Source of the DNA: Collodictyon triciliatum
Taxonomy: Eukaryota
Assembly: GCA_043381765.1 (NCBI GenBank)
Contig: JBHJMP010000165.1
Coordinates: 1 to 40,168 of the forward strand
Reading direction: 5' to 3'
Length of the DNA: 40,168 bases
The translations under genes were made by a program, and so were the position numbers. Under the pieces are notes generated by a model that was given only the letters and a program-made list of their open reading frames with translations, was not told the origin of the DNA and searched no databases. Below are positions 32,023 through 40,168 of this stretch, one piece after another (position 1 is the stretch's first letter; the number at the start of each line of letters is the position of its first letter).

Positions 32023-33041
32023 TCCTCATAAAACACATTTTCTTTTGTTTTAATCTTGTCACCAAATACAAAAAAAAAAAAAGAGGATAAAAAGAACAAA
32101 ATGAAACTTCGCGACTCCGTTGCGCAGATTGAGTGATTGAAAAGCTGCTTGTGAAAGCGAGCGGATGACAACCCAAACGCGCTGACGAGCAGGTTTTTAG
32201 GGAGGGCGAGAAAAGAAAAACAAGGAAATCTCGTCATGATACCATTTGAAGCATGAATACGCGGTTGCAGGACAAAATGAACACGAACAAAAAGAACTTG
32301 GGATCTGGTGCGGTTTGTGGGTTTCGGCTTCTTTCGTGCTCGTTCTTGAACGAGACACACAGCCAACTCTCTCTCTTTTTTTTCTTTAATTTTTTTCTAC
32401 ATGTAAAAGAATATGGTTTCGCTTTTAATTCATTTTCTACTTTCTATCCATAAATCTTATATAGTCATTGCAGTTGGAAGGCAGAGGAAGCCTCTTTACA
32501 AGAAAACACAATAAAACTTGGAATGATAAAAATGATGGTCATAGACCCAAGCGTAAAGCAAGAAAAGCTGAGCGACCGGTCTTCTTTCTTTTTTCTTCTT
32601 GAAAAAGTAACTGGTGCCCATGGGATTCCCAACAAAGCAGCAGCAACAGCAGAGATCAAATACGGTGGGTGTAAGTCGCGGGCTACACTTGACTTTGGCT
32701 CTGGACTCTTTCTTTCCCAGAGTTTCGTCGGCTTCCTCTTCCCCCTTGCCTCTTGATTTTTCTCTCACTCTCCCATTCCCCTTTTTTTTTCTTCTTAATA
32801 CAAACCGTGTGCTTTTTTTTTATTCGGTTCGAAATAACTGATGCCTTCCTTATATTCGATTGGTTTAAACAAACTCCAACTCGTTACAGAAGCTCGTAAA
32901 AGAGATTCGATGCGATGGATATAGGCAAATATCCTCATATCTATGCCTGCTGATAAACTTGTTTTTTTCTTTCTTTCTTATAGCTGACTACAATCTCTGG
33001 CCAGTAAGATCATAATGATGTTTTATCTCTACAAAATATAG

Positions 33042-34448
33042 TTTGGATCAGCTCGCTCTGGATCAACGGGAGTTTCTCGAACTTCCATCATTTCGTGAGC
33101 TGTTTGCTTCCCTATATATCGTATCTAAATAAATGAGTATATCTAGTATCTTTATAAGTATCACTATAAACAACGCCTAATGAAATATTAAACCATGTAC
33201 TGGATAGTGGTAAAGGAGCAAAGACGTCCTACTCTCCATCCTCATCTTCAGCACAAAACCATATTCATATCAAAGGGAACCTCCAACGACAAACAAAAAG
33301 CACGAACCACGAAGAAAATTACTTTGCCGACTCGGAAGGCTTGCGAGTAAAGCCGTTCCTGGCCGAAAGCCATCAAACAATCAGCCTCCAAGGAAACCGA
33401 GCACCCGTCCGAGCCGAGCGAGCAACACACAAGCCATTGTCTGTGCCGTCCAGTCAGCCAATTGTTCCGGGCAATAACCACGGACGGCCGATTGCACCCG
33501 AGCGAGTGCGTCCGGGACTTTCGAGCTCATCGCCCATCGTGCCACGCACGATTGAGACAACATCTGCAGGCGGCACAGCAACAGCGCGGTCGTATTCGAT
33601 AACATCTCCATCTGCTGCAGTCATGTCTGCGCAGTCTGCTGCAAATGTGCGGAATCCTTCGCTCCACGGTCGGACGAGTCACTCGATGTCTCCAACGAAC
33701 CGAGCAATCAAGGAGGCTGCAGTGGACGAATTCAGAAGCAAGGTTTGTCATGCATCACGTGCTGATGATTTTTCACCTCCAATCCTTGAAGCGTGTGTGA
33801 TATTATCTTCTTTTTTAAAAACAAACAAACAAACAAACAAACAAACAAACAAACAAACAAACAAACAAACAAACAAACAAACAAACAAACAAACAAACAA
33901 ACAAACAAACAAGAAAAATTTAACGCTTTATTTTGCCATGTTTCTTTTTATTCATATATAATTTATTCTTTATATATATAACTCTGAAGACCATGCAAAG
34001 GCTTGCTGAAAAGAAAGAGCAGGCAAAGGAAGAGCAAAAAGCTTTAAGCAAAATGGCAAAAGCGGTCGATGAAAGGAAGCAAGTAAAACATGATTTACTA
34101 TCTTAACACAATGCGATTTTATTCTTTTACATTTGTTCCCCATTCTTTTTCAAAGAATACATATCCGCCATATATAAATAGGCATGAATTCACTTTGAAA
34201 GCTTCCTAGAGTCTTTATATACACAGTATTCTGTGGGTTTCTGAGTGGTGCGATAGTGGGTCACTCAAGTTACTTAAAAATGCCTTTAGGAAATAGAAGA
34301 TGAGAAACATAGACATTCAAAGGAGGCAATGAGAAGACGCGCAGAAATATACGCGGTGAATGGGCTTATGAGGAAGCTGGAAGAGTCTAAAATGGATGCA
34401 TTTAGTGATAAGATGGAGGGCGGCAAAAGTCCATATGTATATACCTAG
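33042..34448 (+). CDS. S/R/P-rich protein with C-terminal coiled coil and SVBP-like (small vasohibin-binding protein) motif; upstream coding exons uncertain (ATG at 32620 or 32915)
   Basis: Exons ~33042-33094, 33208-33742, 33990-34082 and 34290-34448 splice in frame. The last exon encodes RRRAEIYAVNGLMRKLEESKMDAFSDKM, resembling the SVBP core ([27 protein letters not shown], recalled from human SVBP). Confidence 0.7.
33817..33912 (+). repeat. (AAAC)n intronic microsatellite
   Basis: Direct reading. Confidence 0.95.
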
Positions 34449-34901
34449 CCAACAAAGGATTTATATGTTTGATGTATTTTATGGCCTTCACATGCACCGA
34501 TAATTATGCCTTATGAATGTTGTTCAAATAAACCAATCGGTACGGATTTGAATCACTGCTCATATTTCACAAACACACTTACGAAAATAGCATGGATTTT
34601 GTTTATTATGATACGCTCGTAAATGAATGGGCAGAATTCCAAAAAGCACACCACCAGAATATGATGCGTCGATGCAGGACAATACGAGACATGGTTTTTG
34701 TCATGTAAAAAAAAAAAAAAAGAGGGTACCAAACCATCATCGTATCTGAATGAAAAAAAATTCGAGACAGACAACAGGATGAGTGGTTACACCCCCAATC
34801 CACACAGCACACCAGACACACAGTAACAATAAAATGCGTAATTCCGTATGCGTGGGTGATACACACATAAATATATATATCTATGTTACTTGGAATGTGC
34901 A

Positions 34902-35690
34902 TCACGAGTTGGGCGGCAACAGCTGATGAACATTCCTGCGCGGTATGCGTGGGCCAAAGCCATCGCCCTGCTGGGTGGACGAACTGGAGCCGGGTCGGAA
35001 GGCAGATGCGGCGGAAGATACGGTACTTTCAGATACGGTACCATGCACAGCCGCCGCCACCTGCAACTCCTGCGGCAGAGGCGGAGGCAGAAACCGGGTG
35101 GAAAAGTCGCCCGTGTGGGACGCCTGCGATGCAGAGAAAAGCGCGCGGAGAAGTTGCTCGCTGTGGTCGAGAGTGGCTGTTGTGGCTGTGGCTGTGGCTG
35201 GGGGGACTGTTGTGGCTGCTGTGGCTGTTGTCGGTATCTGCTGGTAGGGTGTTGTGGCAGGCTGGGTTGGGACGAACGAAGATGCCATGGCAGGTGACGT
35301 CATCTGCGGATGGTGGGACGCTGTTGTGGCTGCTGTGGCAGGTGACGTCATCTGCGGGGTTTGTGGCGGGGCGGCGATGTGGCTGCGGAGCGCGTGCAGC
35401 TCCTCCGTGAGGTGGTCGAGGGAGGCGAGCAGGTCGAAGAGGAAGTGGGCGGCGGGGAGGTCGGTGCAGGCCGGCGCGAGGGCGGCGAACCAGATCTGCT
35501 GGAAGGCCTGTGTGGCTGTGGCTGTGGCTGTGGCTGTGGCTGTGGCAGGACTTGTGGCTGTGGCTGTGGCGAGGATGTGGCGGGACAGATGGTGTGCCTG
35601 GGCGGCGTCGATGGGCGTGCCGAGGCATTGGCAGAGCAGCCGCAGATGGCGTGCCGAGTAGAGGGGAAACCCGCTCCAGGATGGCTCCAT
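34902..35690 (-). CDS. GC-rich intronless hypothetical protein (262 aa) with A/T-rich low-complexity repeats
   Basis: ATG in GCCATGG context; strong C/G third-position bias (CTC, GCC, CGC); helical segment LLASLDHLTEELHALRSHIA; (GCCACA)n-encoded Ala-Thr repeats. No family recognised. Confidence 0.5.
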   Translation of the reverse strand: MEPSWSGFPLYSARHLRLLCQCLGTPIDAAQAHHLSRHILATATATSPATATATATATATQAFQQIWFAALAPACTDLPAAHFLFDLLASLDHLTEELHALRSHIAAPPQTPQMTSPATAATTASHHPQMTSPAMASSFVPTQPATTPYQQIPTTATAATTVPPATATATTATLDHSEQLLRALFSASQASHTGDFSTRFLPPPLPQELQVAAAVHGTVSESTVSSAASAFRPGSSSSTQQGDGFGPRIPRRNVHQLLPPNS

Positions 35691-35746
35691 GGCTTGTGCG
35701 GCCCGCAGCTTCCTGCTCTGTAATCCCGTAAGAAGAGGGTTCCAAC

Positions 35747-35897
35747 CAAACCATCAAACCATCAAACCATCAAACCATCAAACCATCAAACCATCAAACC
35801 ATCAAATCATCAAATCATCAAACCATCAAATCATCATATCATCAAATCATCGAATCATCACATCATCAAACCATCAAATCATCAAATCATCAAATCA
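35747..35897 (+). repeat. (AAACCATC/AAATCATC)n octamer repeat
   Basis: Direct reading. Confidence 0.9.
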
Positions 35898-36733
35898 CCG
35901 AATCGATCGAATCAGAATGAATCGAAATGCAGAGCAAAGCATGCCGCGCCATTCTGTATCGCGTGATGGGATTTTGATGGCGCGGTGTCTGATTCGGCTT
36001 CATCCGGCTGCGCTTCTGGTGCGCAAAGCTGCGTTGTCATCGCGCTTGGGCGACCGATGGCCTTTCCTCTCGTGGCACCGAAGCGCGATGGCCTCCTTCG
36101 CTTTTCTTTGGTTTGCTTGTTCTTGCGCTTTTCTCTTCCTTGTCTCTCGGCTGCAGGCCATCCGCAGAAAAACCGCAGAATTCTCGACCCTACATTTTGC
36201 TAAATAAATTCAAGTCTTTACGGGCTAATGTATCATATAGTTCGACGAATAGATATATAATATGGCCGGTTCGCTGCGGAGACCTATTTACTATAAAAGG
36301 ATATGAGATTATCTTTTCTGGAATAATCAGATTATTTGTGCTCCAATTGGAAGATTTTTCGAAAGTTCTTCCTCATTGGCTTTTCTCCACGCATAAACAT
36401 TGGAAAATCATCAGTTTACACGTCATCATTCGTCCATCCGGAACTTGTTTGGAAAATTCTTGATTATCTTATAATTATAGAAAAAATTCTGCACTCAGTC
36501 TCCATCCTATTCTGGATTTGTCCTGCATCCAAAAGAAGCAGAGAATACCGAAGGGTGTAACTACAAACCCACCTTCATCTACACAAAATCGCAAAGGTCA
36601 AAGTAAAAAAAACACACAACCACAAAAGAAGCTTTGAAATAAATCAATTTCTATAGAAGCACCTGTATATTTTCATCACTCGATTCTATCATGTTTATCT
36701 TTTCCTTTATTTTTTAATTTCTTTTGATATTCA

Positions 36734-38850
36734 TCATTGGTGGAGATGAATACCCAGCTGTGAGTCCAAAGTGGATATTTTCTCCATATTTTCTTCAATC
36801 TGGGAGTCCATCAGGCTAGGAAGGTGCGTTTTCAGTTCTTCTTTTCTGATTCTTAAAAACTCTGAGCCAGTGTGCTTCTTTTCTTTGCACAGGTTAATTA
36901 GATGCTCATTGAAGTTTTTCATGGTGATGTGGTCAATCAACTCGGCATGGTTCATATCTCTGACACTCTTATGTTTCATATTTGATGATTTGGATTTTAC
37001 AGAAGATGCAGCACTCCGCACGAGCTCTGGGCGCTGTGTGTCCGTAATAATCTCTTCCAACTTTTTCTCTACTCGATCCGCTGTAATGCGTTTTTCATAA
37101 TCATGCTCTAGACACTCCTCCAGCAAATGAGCAAGATTTGCGGGGCATAGCGGTGGTTTTTCCAGGGGGCACCTTGCAAAATGGCCATGAGCCACCTGCC
37201 TTGAGTCCTTTCCTTCATTAGGACGCTTTCCTGTCAACATCGACCAGAGAACGAGGCCAAAAGCATACACATCAGATACAGAACCCAAACTCTTACCGAA
37301 AGAGAAAATCTCAGGAGCAGCCCATTGGTGAGAGACAATGAAGTCAGTAACTGAGTTGACAGATTCTCCATACTTGGCTGCTCCAAAATCAGATAGCTTG
37401 GCAACTCCATTCACTACCAGTATGTTGTCGGTTTTGATATCTCTGTGTTGAACTTTATTCATATTCAAGTAATTTAACCCTTTCGTGATGTCGTATGCAA
37501 ATTTCGTGGATGTGTGCAAAGGAAGGGGTCCGTTTTGTTTTTTAATAATGTGATCGAGAGAGCCCTCATTTGCATACTCCAAGATTAAAATGAGGTCATC
37601 TCCTTTCATTCCAAATGTAAACAATTTGATGACATTCTCATGGTTTAGTGATAACAACATGCTACCCTCTTTTGAAAGCTCCTCCAAATCCTTGGAATAA
37701 ATTATAGCTGCTGATTTTCTCACTTTGACAGCAAAAGTTTTCCCTGTCAAGTTTACCTTGTAGACGATACCGAATCCTCCCTTTCCTAGAAGATTATCGG
37801 CAATTTCAAATGGAATCCTTATTATATCAGCATAATCCGTCGTTGACAAGTCGCAGCCGATTCTCAAAGACTGCATCGTTAATCACACCGGAATTTAGGA
37901 AGGAAAATGTGTGGTAATATTACAGTTGATGCTAAGTATAAAATAAAACATGTATGGATTATGGGAATTTGAGATATTTTTAGTTTCGATATTACCGAGG
38001 CAGTTTTAGCAGCTCCTAAAGGCGGAGGAATAACCAGAGAGCTTGCTTCAACAGTGGCAACAGGTGTCTGCTTGAGCTCCTTTACCTGTATTCTTTGCTC
38101 ATTACGGATCTCAAGGACGCACAAAGACGTCATGGAAGTAATCCAGGCTGGGTGTTCGGAGACCTGAATAGTGGAATTATAATGGTTTGTTTTGTTTTGT
38201 TTTGTTTTGTTTTGTTTTGTTTTGTTTTGTTTTGTTTTGTTTTGTTTTGTTTTGTTTTGTTTTGTTTTGTTTTGTTTTGTTTTGCAATTGGTAAATAAGA
38301 AATCAAAGGATCAAAACTACATGCAGGCTTTCAATGCGTTAATTCAATATCTGTTCAGTTCGTTGTAATATATAGCATAAGCTTCACTTTTAATAAACAA
38401 TATTGAAGACGCGTGACATACGGCAGGGTTTTTGCTGATGTTCAGGAGGAAGAGAGAAGTCAAGAACGAAACTTGAGTAGGGAATTCTACGAGCATGTTA
38501 TGCGACAGATTCAGCTCTTTTAGCCTTCCAAGCTGGGAAATCGAGTCTGGCAGGCAAGAGAGCTCATTGTGGCAAACATCTAACGTAGCCAGGTTTGACA
38601 AAACAGCAATATCTGCAGCAATCACAGAAAGGCGAGTCTTTTGCAACGTAAGCTTGAGTAAGGAGGTTAACAAAAAGACTCCGCGTGGGATGTTATACAA
38701 CGTTCTCATGCGAATGGTAAGACTGGTGCATTGATAAAAGGACGCTGTGACTGGATACTTGACTGCACCCAAGGATTGCAGCTCGGACAGCAAAGCTGAG
38801 GCTGACTCCTCGTTTGCACTTTGGGACATTCGGAGGCCCTGGCCATACAT
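36734..38850 (-). CDS. LRR + protein kinase (TKL-like) + SAM-like domain, 3 exons
   Basis: Exons 38850-38422 (LRRs LxxLxLxxNxL), 38163-37996 and 37870-36734 join in phase 0. Kinase motifs GKGGFG, VKV, HRDIKTDN, DFG, WAAPE and DVYAFG. C-terminal VRDMNHAELIDHI...HTGSEFLRIRKEELK is SAM-like. The start may be the second ATG (38829). Confidence 0.88.
38186..38284 (+). repeat. (TTTTG)n intronic microsatellite
   Basis: Direct reading. Confidence 0.95.
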
Positions 38851-39583
38851 AATGATATCATAATGTTTAGTTAGTTATGTGTGCTTGGGGTTCTTACTTA
38901 TTTCTATTTTTATCTTATTTTGATTGACTCTAGAGCGCCAACTAGAACTTGGGAGTTGCGTACTGAAAGGCTGGGTGATTTGTTTGGCCTATGTGCAAAA
39001 TATTATTTGGATGTGGGGCTTTTCTTTCAGGGTTGTGTGATTCTGTATAATTCGGAGTTTGGCGCAAATGTCAATCGATTCCCGGCGGGGTACAAAAGTG
39101 GAAATTAAGATATAATGTGTATTTCTCCAGACAACCAACCGGCTCCACCCTTTTCCAGATAAGTTGCACTAAAAGGGTATAATTTCATATATGGTATGAT
39201 TAGTCATGGCAGATTTCATTTCGCCAGAACGCGCTGTTTGCGATAAGCTGAGGTTTTTGCCTGTGCAGCGCTTCTCTTTATTCATTTTTTTCGTCTCCAA
39301 GTAACACGCACACACTCGCATAAACACATAAAAGGAGGAAAGCTTGCAAATAATATCATCAGGAGTGGAGCTTATTAGAAAAAGGGACGATCTTTTAAGG
39401 CGAATGCCTGTCTTTTATCCGCCTTCTCGCGGCAGTCTATTGTGCCCAAGCATCACAGCCCCAAGGGCAATAGTACTTTACCCACAAGAAAGAGCTTCTT
39501 GCCGAACTAAGCAGATGTGTTTATACTTAGCCGCGCTGCTTTGCCAAGAGTTGCAGTTCTCTACTGAGCGATTTTCATGTAGG

Positions 39584-39704
39584 ATGGGCGATCCAAATGA
39601 GTCTGTGGTGTGTACAATCTGCCTGGAGACTGTGGACGGGCTTTCTCGTCCCACCGCAACACTCACTTGCAAACATACATATCATTTGGACTGCATCGGC
39701 TCAG
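39584..39704 (+). CDS. First coding exon of a RING-H2 E3 ubiquitin ligase (continues beyond the window)
   Basis: MGDPNESVVCTICLETVDGLSRPTATLTCKHTYHLDCIGS followed by a G|GTGATT donor; C-x2-C...C-x-H-x2-H-x2-C gives the first six ligands of a RING-H2. Confidence 0.85.
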
Positions 39705-39976
39705 GTGATTTATATATATATGTATCGATTGAGATATCTAATGCATCTTTATGTTTTACTTTTACTTTATTGGGCACCCTTATTTTAAACTGTGCATTTT
39801 TATTTCTGTTTGTGAAGCTCTCGTGTTTCTGTTTTCCTATTCAACCCACTTTGCGTTTTCTCTGATTTTGGATACTTGTCAGAGAACTTGCCCATTTTAA
39901 TACTCCCATGACTTTAAACACTTTATCTATTGGCCATATTTACATTTATCATGTGTCTTTGTGTAAGTAAACAATT

Positions 39977-40168
39977 TTCTTCTCTTCTCTTCTTTTCTCT
40001 TCTTTTCTCTTCTCTTCTCTTCTCTTCTTCTTCTCTTCTTCTTCTCTTCTTCTTCTCTTCTTCTTCTCTTCTTCTTCTCTTCTCTTCTCTTCTCTTCTCT
40101 TCTCTTCTCTTCTCTTCTCTTCTCTTCTCTTCTCTTCTCTTCTCTTCTCTTCTCTTCTCTTCTCTTCT
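39977..40168 (+). repeat. (TTCTC)n intronic microsatellite
   Basis: Direct reading. Confidence 0.95.

Noticed and set aside
35747-35897. CRISPR-like or telomeric array
   Set aside because: A simple degenerate octamer satellite with no spacers and no G-rich telomeric strand.

Overview
Scaffold fragment from an AT-rich, intron-dense eukaryote, probably a microbial one. It uses the standard genetic code, carries many microsatellites and has three N gaps. Gene models spliced by hand, in order: the stop-interrupted tail of a multi-TM gene (1-1121, +); tRNA-Gly(GCC); a Pho80/cyclin-P-type cyclin (-); an EF-hand/coiled-coil protein (+); a RELCH/KIAA1468-like LisH-HEAT gene (-); an NHL-repeat protein (-); an ESRP/Fusilli-like protein with a degenerate DEDDh domain and 4 qRRMs (+); a protein ending in an SVBP-like helix (+); a GC-rich orphan ORF (-); a cytosolic LRR-kinase-SAM protein (-); and the first coding exon of a RING-H2 E3 ligase (+). 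The most notable signals are these. (1) Candidate minor (U12-type) introns, one AT-AC and one GT-AG, both with a non-canonical RTATCCA donor and a TCYTTGAC branch point, alongside GC-AG introns and very relaxed major donors. (2) A ~390-nt G-U-biased long-range stem with duplicated arms and G-tracts upstream of the qRRM gene. (3) An SVBP-like motif at the end of a longer protein. (4) A ~26-nt motif dispersed in introns of unrelated genes. (5) A reading frame with four in-frame stops and no frameshift. All gene models and family calls come from reading the sequence by eye; no database search was run.
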